Origin: Candidatus Dormiibacterota bacterium
GTDB taxonomy: Bacteria; Chloroflexota; Dormibacteria; Aeolococcales; Aeolococcaceae
Direction: 5' to 3'
Assembly: GCA_963850385.1 (NCBI GenBank)
Contig: CAWKKS010000001.1
Location: forward strand, 1,774,877 to 1,838,876
DNA length: 64,000 bases
Notes under the pieces: model-generated
What the model was told of the DNA's origin: nothing
Database searches by the model: none
Seen by the model: the letters and a program-made list of their open reading frames with translations, nothing else
In this document: piece after piece, positions 53,390 to 64,000 of the stretch
How positions within the stretch are numbered: the stretch's first letter is position 1
Layout of the letters: every line of letters starts with the position of its first letter
Translations under genes and position numbers: made by a program

Positions 53390-54832
53390 TCAGACCAGCA
53401 CGAAGCGCGGCGGAGGATCTCGCCCGACGCCCATGAGGATCTCGGTTCGGCCCAGCAGCGCGGTCGCCAGCGGGTCCCAAGCACCGGGGAGCGGCGCCAG
53501 GGGCGCGGCAGCGGTGCCCTGCCAGAGCTCGTCGATCAGCACCGCCCGGGGGGCGCCTGCCGCGAGCTGCGCCGATGCCACGGCGGCCGTGAAGAAGGGC
53601 GGCGCCAGCGGCTGGCGGCGCACGCCCCCGCCGCCGACGGCCGCCGGCGAGTTGTTGGCGACGACGTCGAGGTGGGCGAAGATGGTGGCGATGTCACGGG
53701 CCCACGCGGTGTCCCCGGCGCCGGTGACGAAGGAGTAGCCCCAGCCGGCCTGGAACTGGTCGACGACGGCGCCGGCCGGCCCGGTCTCGGTGGCGATCGA
53801 GAACACCGGCCTGGCGGCGTCGTCGACGCAGTAGGCGCCGTAGTTCTGCAGGGTCCAGGCGATCATCCTGCCCGGGCCGGTCTGCAGGTTGAGCGAGGCC
53901 AGGTTGAGCGAGGCCGGGAGCGCCAGCAGGGCACCCATCTGGAGCGCCGGCACCTTGCCACCGTACCGCTGGGGGCCGTAGCCGTCCTCCTTCACCGCGG
54001 GCCAGCGGAAGCCGATCGGCCAGTAGTCCATGGCGCCGTCGAGGTTCACCTTGAGCGCGTGGCGGATGGGGGGCGCCCCGGGCACCAGCTCACCGAGCCG
54101 GATGGTGCCGCCCAGCGAGGACAACCCCGAGCCGCCGTGCGCTCCCCGCGTGCCGTCGGTGTAGAGGTTGGCCGCCGGCGCCAGGCTCCCCGTCGTCGCC
54201 GGGCCGCCGGCCGCGCACCGGGCCAGCGGCTGCCCCTGCAGCACGGTCCGCCCGTCGGCCATGAGGATGGCGAAGGAGTTGTTGCCCTTGCTGCTCGGCA
54301 CCACCAGGCTCGACGGGATCGGGGCGCTCGCCATGGTGGCCCCGCCCGAGCACCGCGATCCACCCGACCAACCGGCGCCATTGAACTGGATCGGCGTGAC
54401 CGGGGCGGTGGGTTGCATGACGATGATGTCCTGGTCGGTGACCACCGTGCGCTGGGTCGCCGGGGCGATCGCGGCCGGGACGTAGACGGCCCCACTGCCG
54501 ATCGGCGTGTTCCAGATGGACGTGCTCGCGAACGGCCAGGTGGCGGGGCTGCGGAAGCCGGCAGGCACGGGCGCCGCCGTGCGCGGAGGCGCCGAGGTGG
54601 GCGGTGCGGTTCGCGGCGGCGCGGTGGGAGTGGCGGTCGCCGAGGGTGGGGCCGACGCCGACGGTGATGCCGACGCGGTCGTCCCGGGGGTGCGATGGGC
54701 AACGCCGGGGCCGCCGCCCGGGGCGGGAGTGCTGCCGGGTCGCAGCAGCAGGGCGAGCACCACCACGGCGGCGACGACCATCGCGGCGGCCGCGGCCCAG
54801 CTGGTGCGCCGCCGCCACCACGGTCGCGTCAT
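53390..54832 (-). CDS. Membrane-anchored/exported protein with Pro/Thr linker and uncharacterised globular domain
   Basis: TM helix after WWRRR, PTS-rich linker, domain WPFASTSIWNTPIG...GAHGGSGLSSLGG...LQNYGAY; true start may be 54921 via a frameshift. Confidence 0.7.
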   Translation of the reverse strand: MTRPWWRRRTSWAAAAAMVVAAVVVLALLLRPGSTPAPGGGPGVAHRTPGTTASASPSASAPPSATATPTAPPRTAPPTSAPPRTAAPVPAGFRSPATWPFASTSIWNTPIGSGAVYVPAAIAPATQRTVVTDQDIIVMQPTAPVTPIQFNGAGWSGGSRCSGGATMASAPIPSSLVVPSSKGNNSFAILMADGRTVLQGQPLARCAAGGPATTGSLAPAANLYTDGTRGAHGGSGLSSLGGTIRLGELVPGAPPIRHALKVNLDGAMDYWPIGFRWPAVKEDGYGPQRYGGKVPALQMGALLALPASLNLASLNLQTGPGRMIAWTLQNYGAYCVDDAARPVFSIATETGPAGAVVDQFQAGWGYSFVTGAGDTAWARDIATIFAHLDVVANNSPAAVGGGGVRRQPLAPPFFTAAVASAQLAAGAPRAVLIDELWQGTAAAPLAPLPGAWDPLATALLGRTEILMGVGRDPPPRFVLV

Positions 54833-55158
54833 CGGCCGGCCGTCCGCCCGCAGCAGGGGCGTGTCAGCGCCCGGCGCCGTCTCGATGGCGTCCGCACGCG
54901 GAGCGCGTCAGCAATGCTCATGGCGATCCCCCTCGCCTTGTGGATTCGGGCACATCACCGGCGACGCGCCCCGGCAGCTGCGATTGCGGCAGCCCGCCGG
55001 CGCGCAGGGTACCTGTGTGGCGGGACGAACAGCAACGGAACATCTGTGCGGGGAAACGCAACTCCTGCGGTTCACACTGCACGACGCGTCAGCGGCACCG
55101 ACCCCTGCGTTGCCCGAACGTCACCACCATGCCATCGGCCCGCGCCGAGAACAACGCA

Positions 55159-56341
55159 TCACGCGTTGCGCGCAGCCTCGATGAGGATGGCGGCCACCTC
55201 GGGCCGGCTGAACTCCGGCGGGGGCAGCTCGCCGGCGAGCAACATGGAGCGCACCCGCGTGCCGCTCAGCACGAGGTGGTCATCGTCGCCGTGCGGACAG
55301 GTGCGCGTGCTGGCCATCCCCTCACAGCGATGGCACCAGAAGCTGTGCTCGAAGGGAAGGATGTCGATGCCCAGCTTGGCGCGGTCGATGGAGTCGAAGA
55401 TGCGCTGCGCGTCGTAGGTCCCGTAGTAGGCGCCGACGCCGGCATGGTCGCGACCGACGATGAAATGCGTGCAGCCGTAGTTGCGGCGAACGATGGCGTG
55501 CAGCACCGCCTCTCGCGGACCCGCGTACCTCATCGCCGCCGGGAAGGTGCCGAGCACGACGCGGTCCGTCGGGTAGTACTTGTCGAGCAGGACCTCGTAG
55601 CAACGCATCCGCGTCGCCGCCGAGATGTCGTCGCCCTTGGTGTCGCCGACCAGCGGCTGCAGGAAGAGTCCGTCGATCGAACTCGAGCGCGACCTTGTGC
55701 AGGTACTCGTGGGCACGATGCACGGGGTTGCGGGTCTGGAAGCCCACCACCGTGCGCCAGCCCAGCTCGGCGAAGCGCGCCCGCGTCTGGGCGGGGCTGA
55801 GGTCATACGCGGGGAACGCGGACTGCGGGATGCGCAGCGCACGGACGTCGCCACCCAGCGCGTGCGGTCCCTGGGCGACGCGGGCGGCAACCCCCGGGTG
55901 GGCCGGGTCGGCGGTGCCGAAGCAGCGCTCCACCTCCGCGTCGAGGTCGACGCTGAACGACTCCGTCACCTCCATGAGGGCGATCGGCTCACCGTCGGTC
56001 CCGACCAGCACGACCTCGTCGCCGCTGCGCCGCGCGCGAGCGGTCTGCTCATCAACAGCGAGCACGACGGGCATCGGCCACGGCGTCCCATCGGACAGCT
56101 GCATGGTCGCGCACACCAACTCGTGGTCGGCCGCGCCGACGAAGCCGGTCAGGGGACTGAATGCACCGACCGCGATGCAATGGACGTCGGCCTGCTGACG
56201 GCTGTCGAGCACCACCCGAGGGGCGTCGTGCAGTTGCGCAAGCCGGCGATCTCCCTCCTCGGCGGGCAGCAGGCGGTCGACCAGCGGCGGCGCAGTGGAC
56301 GGCGTCGACAGGGAACCGGCGGTGGACTGCTCTGTTGTCAC
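55159..56341 (-). CDS. sat: Sulfate adenylyltransferase (ATP sulfurylase); one extra base at ~55680
   Basis: [43 protein letters not shown] in two adjacent frames. Confidence 0.92.
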
Positions 56342-56592
56342 AGTGCCGTCACCGCGCTCGAGCCTGGTGATTTCGCTTGCACACTACACCTCTTCATGAA
56401 CATCTCAACCGTGCCCGCTGCCCGCCTCGCCAGACATGCGCAAGGCAGACCGGGCCGATCAACAACTGCATTATGTCATCTCCCCTCGCCGCACCTCGAC
56501 CTCGGTGTAGCATCGGGGCGGCTCAATGGCCTGCATCCATGCGGTCGGGTGGCCACGACCAACCCCAGTACAACTGCAACAGGAGCATCACG

Positions 56593-57162
56593 ATGAACGA
56601 CGCACGCGGAGTGACCATCTGGTTCACGGGGCTCAGCGGGGCCGGCAAATCCACCATCTCCGAGGGGGTCTTCGCTGAGTTGAAGGCGCGCGGCACCCGG
56701 GTGGAGCTTCTCGACGGCGACGTCGTGCGCCAGAACCTCAGCAAGGGCCTCGGCTTCTCCAAAGAGGACCGGGACATCAACATCCGCCGCATCGGCTTCG
56801 TCGCCGACCTGTTGACGCGCAACGGCGTGACCGTGCTGGTGGCCGCCATCTCGCCGTACCGCGGGGTGCGCGACGAGGTGCGTGCGCAGATCGGTGACTT
56901 CCTCGAGATCCATGTCACCGCCACGCTGGACACGCTGGTCGAGCGCGACGTCAAGGGCCTCTACCGCAAGGCGCTGGCCGGCGAGGTCGCCAACTTCACC
57001 GGCGTCTCGGACCCATACGAGGCTCCCACCGACCCGGAGCTGGTCATCCACACCGACAACGAGGACGTGCAGCTCTCGATCAACCGAGTGCTCGAGCTTC
57101 TCGATGATTTCCTCGCTCGCCGCGAGGCGCCCGAGGTGCTGCAGGACTCGCGCGCCGGGTGA
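56593..57162 (+). CDS. cysC: Adenylyl-sulfate kinase
   Basis: AGGAG SD; [36 protein letters not shown]. Confidence 0.95.
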   Translation: MNDARGVTIWFTGLSGAGKSTISEGVFAELKARGTRVELLDGDVVRQNLSKGLGFSKEDRDINIRRIGFVADLLTRNGVTVLVAAISPYRGVRDEVRAQIGDFLEIHVTATLDTLVERDVKGLYRKALAGEVANFTGVSDPYEAPTDPELVIHTDNEDVQLSINRVLELLDDFLARREAPEVLQDSRAG

Positions 57163-57172
57163 TCCCAGGGGC

Positions 57173-58705
57173 TCAGTAGGAGCCGCGCGCACCGATCAGC
57201 GCGGGGATCGTCTTGGCGAGGATGTACAGGTCCATCATGACCGACCAGTTCTCCACGTAGAACAGGTCGTAGCGCATGTAGTCCTCGAAGACAAGCTGGT
57301 GGCGACCGTTGACCTGCCACAGCCCGGTGAGGCCGGGCTTGACGCGCAGCCGACCGCGCAGGCGCTCGTCGTAGTTGAGCGTCTCCTGAGGCAGTGCCGG
57401 GCGCGGCCCGACCAGGCTCATCTCCCCACGGATCACGTTGAACAGCTGGGGCAGCTCGTCGATCGCGAAGCGTCGCAGCCACCGGCCCACGCCGGTCACA
57501 CGCGGGTCGGCGCGCATCTTGAAGAGGATCCCGTCGGCCTCGTTGTCGGCGTGCAGTGCCTCACGCAGCGTCTCCGCGTCCACCACCATGGTGCGGAACT
57601 TGCACATCATGAAGGTGCTGCCCTCGACACCGACCCGCTGCTGACGGAACAGGACCGGACCGTGGCTGGTGGCACGGATGAGTAGCGCGACGAGCAGCAG
57701 GATCGGCGAGGCGATCACCAGCATGACGGAGGCGATCGCCACGTCGAGGGTGCGCTTGATGATGCGCGCCCGCGCCGACAGCCGGCGCCGGCGCAGCGTG
57801 AACAGCGCCATGCCGTCCAGCGGCTCAACCGTCGCGCGCGCGGCGCCGAGGTTGGCCAGGCCGGACGACACCCGCACAGAGACGTCGGCGCCGGCGAGCG
57901 CGTCGTCGATCTGCTGCAGCATCCCATTGCCGACAGCGGTGCCGGCGATGATGACCACGCGCGCCTCCAGCCGGGCGATCGCTTCACCGATGGTCTCGAC
58001 CCGGCCGACGATGGGCAGTCCGTCGACGGACTCGACCCCGGACTGCGAGACGTCGATGAAGCCGCGCACGTCGAAACCCATCCAACGCCGGCGCGACAGC
58101 GACCGTGCCATGGCGCGGCCCTCGTCGTTGCAGCCGACGATCACGGTCCGCTGGCTGGTGATCAGGCGCGCGTTGAGCCCGTGGTTGATGCGCCGGACCA
58201 GGAGCCGGCCGCCGATGGTGGTCGCCAGTCCGAAGACCAGCAGCGAGGCGATGAACCCGCGCGAGAGGTTGAGACGCGCGCCGAAGGCGACCAGCACCAC
58301 CAGCAACACCGAGAAGATCACGGCGTGGAAGAGCTGGCGGATCTCGCCGGTGATGTGGGTCGAGCGGCGGAAGTCGTACAGCCCGTAGAGGCCGAACACA
58401 ACCGGCCAGGCGGCCACCGTGAAGAAGATGGCCGAGTCCACCTGGGGAAGCAGGCCCGGCCCCAGCTCCCAGCGGTCGGCGTGGATCGCCTTGGCGCCGA
58501 CGTACGCGGCATACACGGCCACCACGTCGACGACGAAGGTGAGGATCAGCAGGCCGAACATGACCCGGCGCCGATCCAGCGTGCGGACGGCAGCGGCTGA
58601 AGTTCGTGCCTGGATTCCAGGGATTGCCTGGCCGACGAGCTCGATGTCGCCGGCCTCTGGCCAGGTGTCAGTATTGGCAGGCCGCGGCGCGCCCAGTAGA
58701 TCCAT
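57173..58705 (-). CDS. Polyprenyl-phosphate glycosyl-1-phosphate transferase (WcaJ-like priming sugar transferase)
   Basis: N-terminal TMs, KRTLD, KFRTM, DPRVT, DELPQL, MSLVGPRP, KPGLTGLWQV; AAGGGGGG SD before ATG at 58705. Confidence 0.92.
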   Translation of the reverse strand: MDLLGAPRPANTDTWPEAGDIELVGQAIPGIQARTSAAAVRTLDRRRVMFGLLILTFVVDVVAVYAAYVGAKAIHADRWELGPGLLPQVDSAIFFTVAAWPVVFGLYGLYDFRRSTHITGEIRQLFHAVIFSVLLVVLVAFGARLNLSRGFIASLLVFGLATTIGGRLLVRRINHGLNARLITSQRTVIVGCNDEGRAMARSLSRRRWMGFDVRGFIDVSQSGVESVDGLPIVGRVETIGEAIARLEARVVIIAGTAVGNGMLQQIDDALAGADVSVRVSSGLANLGAARATVEPLDGMALFTLRRRRLSARARIIKRTLDVAIASVMLVIASPILLLVALLIRATSHGPVLFRQQRVGVEGSTFMMCKFRTMVVDAETLREALHADNEADGILFKMRADPRVTGVGRWLRRFAIDELPQLFNVIRGEMSLVGPRPALPQETLNYDERLRGRLRVKPGLTGLWQVNGRHQLVFEDYMRYDLFYVENWSVMMDLYILAKTIPALIGARGSY

Positions 58706-58960
58706 GTCCCCCCTTCTCGGCGCTGTCTCGGACGCCGGTGACGAAAGTGTAACGGTGGCCCGGGGTGAAGTCAACGACGCGTCCGACGTGCTTGGCGTGA
58801 TCGTCACCGAGCGCCACCGGGATCGTTGCCTGGGACCTTGGGCGGGACCGTTACCGACCGGGGTCCGGCCGCGTTCCCCCGTTCGCGACCGCTCGGTGGA
58901 GGCGAGCTGAGGTACCTTTGTGGGCACTGAACGTCCGGAACGTTCGCTGCGATTGGTTTG

Positions 58961-58990
58961 TTGACAAGATGGGCCGGGACCGGTCAGACT
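58961..58990 (+). promoter_or_regulatory. Promoter candidate for the rightward surface/polysaccharide operon
   Basis: TTGACA-18 bp-CAGACT; palindrome GAACGT-N5-ACGTTC just upstream (58929-58945). Confidence 0.5.
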
Positions 58991-59044
58991 CTGGCAACGC
59001 CTCGGTTGGCGATGGCAGGGCCACCGCCCCAGGTCCGGGGGGAA

Positions 59045-60160
<1,116 letters not shown>

Positions 60161-60231
60161 GCACCACGTGGGCAGCGGCCAGCAGAGAAGGCCACCAGAC
60201 AGAAGGTCATCAGAGGGAAAGGGGAAAGACG

Positions 60232-60997
60232 ATGGAAACCACGATGCGAGCGCAACGACTTATGAAGCGGGCTGGCGCAGCCGCCACCGCCGGCGGGGCC
60301 GGCCTCCTGGCGCTGTCGATGTTCGCCATGCCGGTCGCGGCCGGCGGCAACCCCAACTTCGGCGGGATCCTCTCAGCCGCGTCGCCCACCGGGTTCCCGG
60401 TGAGCCCGAGCTCGCTGAGCGCGTCCTCGGGGACGGCGACCGTCACCTTCAACGTCCTGGTCAGCAACCTGACCAACACAGCGCAGAAGGTCAAGCTGAA
60501 CTTCTCCGCTGACCACATCCTCACCTACAAGGGCGCCAACATCGCCAACGGTCAGCCTGGTCAGACCGGGATCACCTTCAACGGCCCGGCCAACACCACC
60601 CAGTCCGAGATGGCCGGGCGCCAGTCCTTCACGCTGTCGCTGACCGCGTCGGAGAAGAACCACAAGCTCGCGCTGACCCGCACCCTCAACCAGTGCGGCT
60701 ACTACCAGCTGGACGTGTGGGCACCCAACACCGCGCCCGGAGCCGCCTCGCGACCGCATGACGCTCGCCTCCGGCTTCACCCGCGTCCTCGGCTGCGGTG
60801 GCGGTGGTGTGCAGGGCACGCCGACAGCCGCGCCGGTGAGCGGTGGCGGCGCCGGTGGCACCCAGGGGATCACCACCCCGTCGACCGGTGCCGGCCTTGA
60901 AGGCCCGGCGGCCGGCGGTCTCGTCCTGGTCACAATCGGGCTCGGCCTCGTCATCGCCGGGGCGCGCCGCCCCGGTGCCGAGCGCATGGTTCCCTGA
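60232..60997 (+). CDS. Exported beta-rich protein with TPSTG-TM-RR anchor-like tail; one extra base at ~60720-60757
   Basis: Signal peptide, GC3-biased frame to YQLDVWAP, continuing in +1 frame TLASGFTRVLGC...TTPSTGA..LVLVTIGLGLVIAGARR. Confidence 0.65.
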
Positions 60998-61005
60998 GGC
61001 ACGCA

Positions 61006-62136
61006 ATGGAAATTCGAGACTACCTCCGCGCGATCCGCCACTGGCTGTGGATGCCTGTCGTGCTGCCGCTCGTCGCCGGCGGCGCGACCGGGCTCCTCAT
61101 GCTCAGGCAGCCACTCCAGTACCAGGCCACCGCGACCGTGGTCGTGCCGGCGGTGAGCGCGAAGGGGTTCTCGACCAGCGCCGCGGCACAGTACGTCGCC
61201 ACCTTCAAGGACGTGCTCGTGTCGCAACCGCTGGTGCAACAGGTGTCAGCGCAGACCCACGTGCCCACCAAGGACCTGGTCGGCGGGCTCATCGCTGAGA
61301 CCATCACCGCCTCGAGCAACATCATCCACGTCACCTACACCGGACCGGTCAAGAACAGCGTCACCGGGGTGGTGCGTGCCGCCACCGTCGACGCGCTCGA
61401 CATCGTGGCCCAGCCGCAGCTGGTGCAGGCGCAGAACGCCGTCAACACCAGCCAGACCCAGCTCGCCAAGACCAACTCGGCGATCACGCAGTTCACCGCC
61501 GACACGGGCATCGTGTACCCCGATGTCGACTTCAAGACCAAGCAGAACGAGCTGGCCCAGCTGCTGCTCCAGCTGCAGCAGGCCGGCCTCGCTCACGACG
61601 CGGCGCGCGCCGCCGCTCTGCAGACGGTCATCGCGCAGCGCCAGGCCGACCTGACCACGGAGGCCGCGCAGGTCAGCCGCTACACCGCGCTGACCGAGCA
61701 GCGGCAGGCGGCCCTGACCGTCCTCTCGCACAACCAGCAGCTGCTCGGCGATGCGCAGGCGCTGCTGACCGCCAACCACGATCCCAAGACGGTGACCGTC
61801 AACGAGCTCGGCAAGGTGTCGCGGGTGGGCAACATCCTCAAGTTCAGCGCGATCGCCGCGGCCGTCGCGCTCATCCTCGTGCTGGCGCTGATCCTCCTGC
61901 TCGAGCTGATGCGCGGCCGGCGGCCGGCCGTGGTCCGCGACAGCACGGCGCGTGACAGCGCCGCAGCGGCCAAGGCGCCCGCCGCAGGGCCCGGCTCGAA
62001 GTTCAGGATCCGGCGCAGGCCGCGCGGCACCCCGCAGAACGGCACGACGCCACCCGTCTTCTACGGTGACGAACCCGACGCACCGGCTGCCGAACCTCCG
62101 GTGGCCGCGTCGGGGGGCACGCGCACACGCAGGTAG
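61006..62136 (+). CDS. Wzz/YveK-like polysaccharide chain-length determinant
   Basis: MEIRDYLRAI.HWLW, TM, YQATATVVV, coiled coil, second TM, basic tail. Confidence 0.75.
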   Translation: MEIRDYLRAIRHWLWMPVVLPLVAGGATGLLMLRQPLQYQATATVVVPAVSAKGFSTSAAAQYVATFKDVLVSQPLVQQVSAQTHVPTKDLVGGLIAETITASSNIIHVTYTGPVKNSVTGVVRAATVDALDIVAQPQLVQAQNAVNTSQTQLAKTNSAITQFTADTGIVYPDVDFKTKQNELAQLLLQLQQAGLAHDAARAAALQTVIAQRQADLTTEAAQVSRYTALTEQRQAALTVLSHNQQLLGDAQALLTANHDPKTVTVNELGKVSRVGNILKFSAIAAAVALILVLALILLLELMRGRRPAVVRDSTARDSAAAAKAPAAGPGSKFRIRRRPRGTPQNGTTPPVFYGDEPDAPAAEPPVAASGGTRTRR

Positions 62137-62142
62137 GCTCGT

Positions 62143-62174
62143 CCGCTCCCCGCCCGGTGATGGGCGGGGAGCGG
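62143..62174 (+). promoter_or_regulatory. 13-bp perfect hairpin between wzz and the sulfotransferase gene
   Basis: CCGCTCCCCGCCC-GGTGAT-GGGCGGGGAGCGG, no U-tract. Confidence 0.5.
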
Positions 62175-62186
62175 CCGTGAACTGAG

Positions 62187-64000
62187 ATGTCCACCACTGT
62201 CCTCTACATCGCCGGCACCGGTCGCAGCGGCAGCACCGTGCTCGCCAACGTGCTCGGCGAGGTCGACGGTTTCTTCGCCGCCGGGGAGGTGCGTTTCCTG
62301 TGGCAGCGCGGGCTGCTCGAGAACCGTCTCTGCGGCTGCGGCGAGCCCGTGGGAACCTGCCCGGTCTGGGCGGAGATCCTCGCTGAGTTGGCCCGCCGTG
62401 GCGCGCACGTCGACGCGCCCGCCATGGTGGCGCGCCTGCGCGAGACGGGGCGCATCCGGCACCTCCCGGGCATGGTCCTGGGCGGTTCCCTGACGCCGCT
62501 GGACCCCACCCGCCGGCACTCGACGGAGCCGGAACGGGCCACGCTGGCGGCGCTCTACCCAGCCATCGCCGAGGTGACCTCGAGCCGCGTGGTGGTCGAA
62601 CTCGTCGAAATTGCCGGCGTACGCACACCTCCTGGCCGCCACCGAGGGGATCGACCTGCGCGTCGTCCACCTGGTGCGCGACCCCCGCGGCGCCGCCCAT
62701 TCCTGGGCGAGCCGCAAGGCGCTCACCGATGGCGCCAGCCGTCCCCACATGGAGGAGATCGGGCCGGCCAAGAGCTCGATGCTGTGGGATGTCTGGAACG
62801 TCGCCGCGGCCACCCTGCTCGATACCGGCCCCGGCAAGTACATGCGGCTGCGCTACGAGGACTTCATCGCCGACCCCGCGGCGGCTGTGGCCGCGATCAC
62901 GGCCATGGCCGGCGCGCAGGGAGCGGCCCTCCCCACCCTGACCGGGGGCGCCGTCCACCTCAACGCCAACCACAGCGTGGCGGGGAACCCGGACCGGCTT
63001 CGCCACGGCATCGTCCGCCTCCGCGCCGACACCCGCTGGGTCAGCGAGATGCGCGGCCGCGACCGGGTCCTGGTGAGCGTGGCCACGGCACCGCTGCTGC
63101 GCCGCTACGGCTATCCGCTGCGCGCCGCCCAGGCTGCGCGCAAGGAGAACGCCGGCACCATCTTCGAACGCGCTCCCGCCGGCGAGGGCCGCGGCGGCCG
63201 CCTGGTTCGCAAGGTGCGCAGGCACCTGCGCTGGGGCCAGACCGAGGGGTTCGGACGGCTCGTCGAGGAGGACCAGCTCAACCCGATCACGCGGGCGCGG
63301 GTGGCCGCCGACAAGCGTCGCTGGCGCCGGGCCAACCCGCAACCGGTCGGCGCCGCGGTGCCGGTCTACCTGGTCGGGCTGCAGCGCTCCGGCACCAACA
63401 TGCTGGCCCGCGGCCTCGACACGGCGCCGGAGTTCGAGGTCCGCAACGAGAACGACCGCCAGGCGTTCGACCTCTTCCAGCTGCGCTCCGACGAGGTGGT
63501 GCGCGGCATCGTGCTCGCCAGCCGGCATCGCTACGTCCTCTTCAAGCCACTCTGCGACTCGCACCGGGTCGACCAGCTCCTCGACGGCGTCGGCACACCG
63601 TCGCCCGGGCGGGCGATCTGGGCCTACCGCGACGTCGACGGACGGGTACGCTCGGCGGTGAGCAAGTTCGGCCGCAACAACCTGCTCGTGCTCGGGGACA
63701 TCGCGGCGGGGCGCGGCCAGCAGATGTGGCAGGCGCAGCGGCTCTCCGCCGAGACACTCGAGGTGATCGCCGGCTTCGACTACACCACGATGACCCCGGA
63801 GACGGCGGCCGCCCTGATGTGGTGGGCACGCAACGGGCTGTACTTCGAGCTCGGCCTCGACGAACGCGACGACGTGCTGCTCGCCTCGTACCAGGACCTG
63901 CTCAGCGACCCGCCCGGCGCCATGGGCGCGATCTGTTCCTTCCTCGACCTCCCCTACCGCGACGGCCTCGTCGCCCATCTCCGGGCGCCGTCGGCGCACG
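62187..64000 (+). CDS. Tandem two-domain sulfotransferase (runs off the window; one extra base at ~62600; absent from ORF track)
   Basis: Manual translation: LYIAGTGRSGST, CGCG...C, VVDSSK, HLVRDPRG, RYEDF; second domain VYLVGLQRSGT, YRD, SYQDL. Confidence 0.85.
   Translation, partial: MSTTVLYIAGTGRSGSTVLANVLGEVDGFFAAGEVRFLWQRGLLENRLCGCGEPVGTCPVWAEILAELARRGAHVDAPAMVARLRETGRIRHLPGMVLGGSLTPLDPTRRHSTEPERATLAALYPAIAEVTSSRVVVELVEIAGVRTPPGRHRGDRPARRPPGARPPRRRPFLGEPQGAHRWRQPSPHGGDRAGQELDAVGCLERRRGHPARYRPRQVHAAALRGLHRRPRGGCGRDHGHGRRAGSGPPHPDRGRRPPQRQPQRGGEPGPASPRHRPPPRRHPLGQRDARPRPGPGERGHGTAAAPLRLSAARRPGCAQGERRHHLRTRSRRRGPRRPPGSQGAQAPALGPDRGVRTARRGGPAQPDHAGAGGRRQASLAPGQPATGRRRGAGLPGRAAALRHQHAGPRPRHGAGVRGPQRERPPGVRPLPAALRRGGARHRARQPASLRPLQATLRLAPGRPAPRRRRHTVARAGDLGLPRRRRTGTLGGEQVRPQQPARARGHRGGARPADVAGAAALRRDTRGDRRLRLHHDDPGDGGRPDVVGTQRAVLRARPRRTRRRAARLVPGPAQRPARRHGRDLFLPRPPLPRRPRRPSPGAVGA

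Noticed and set aside
56462-56578. ACAACTGCA direct repeat in the sat-cysC intergenic region
   Set aside because: Two 9-mers 108 bp apart; insufficient to separate from chance
58929-58945. GAAC...GTTC palindrome as a LexA box
   Set aside because: Spacing is N9, not the N4 of the Gram-positive SOS box; kept only as a weak operator candidate
61246-63999. 917-aa minus-strand ORF and many other long antisense ORFs (e.g. 4954-6933, 17585-19657, 30082-31923)
   Set aside because: Shadow ORFs opposite real genes, expected in high-GC DNA; no recognisable motifs

Overview
High-GC bacterial chromosomal segment. Gene content and sequence style suggest a Terrabacteria soil lineage such as Ca. Dormibacterota or a Chloroflexi/Actinobacteria relative; this is an inference, not verified. 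Left part (1-27 kb): end of a P5C dehydrogenase, a BNR-repeat lipoprotein, a class III aminotransferase-SDR pair, a 2-oxoacid dehydrogenase operon (lpdA-E1a-E1b-E2), the comF-secA-prfB-ftsEX-M23-S41 block and assorted enzymes. Middle (27-53 kb): the str-S10-spc-alpha ribosomal superoperon on the minus strand, interrupted by an Rrf2+TauE pair, with rplJ-rplL divergent behind an L10 leader. Right part (53-64 kb): a putative sulfated surface-polysaccharide locus (sat, cysC, priming glycosyltransferase, Wzz-like protein, tandem sulfotransferase, novel exported proteins) that runs off the window edge. Highlights: two paralogous unannotated 35-aa membrane microproteins between secA and prfB; an mRNA hairpin mimicking the 16S h21 uS8 site in front of rpsN; uS12 with K43R plus K88A; a divergent IF-1; a DegS-like kinase lacking its His; an RF2 frameshift site without an SD; and several single-base frameshifts, three in the same TCGAACTCG context. 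No rRNA, tRNA, CRISPR array or transposase was seen.
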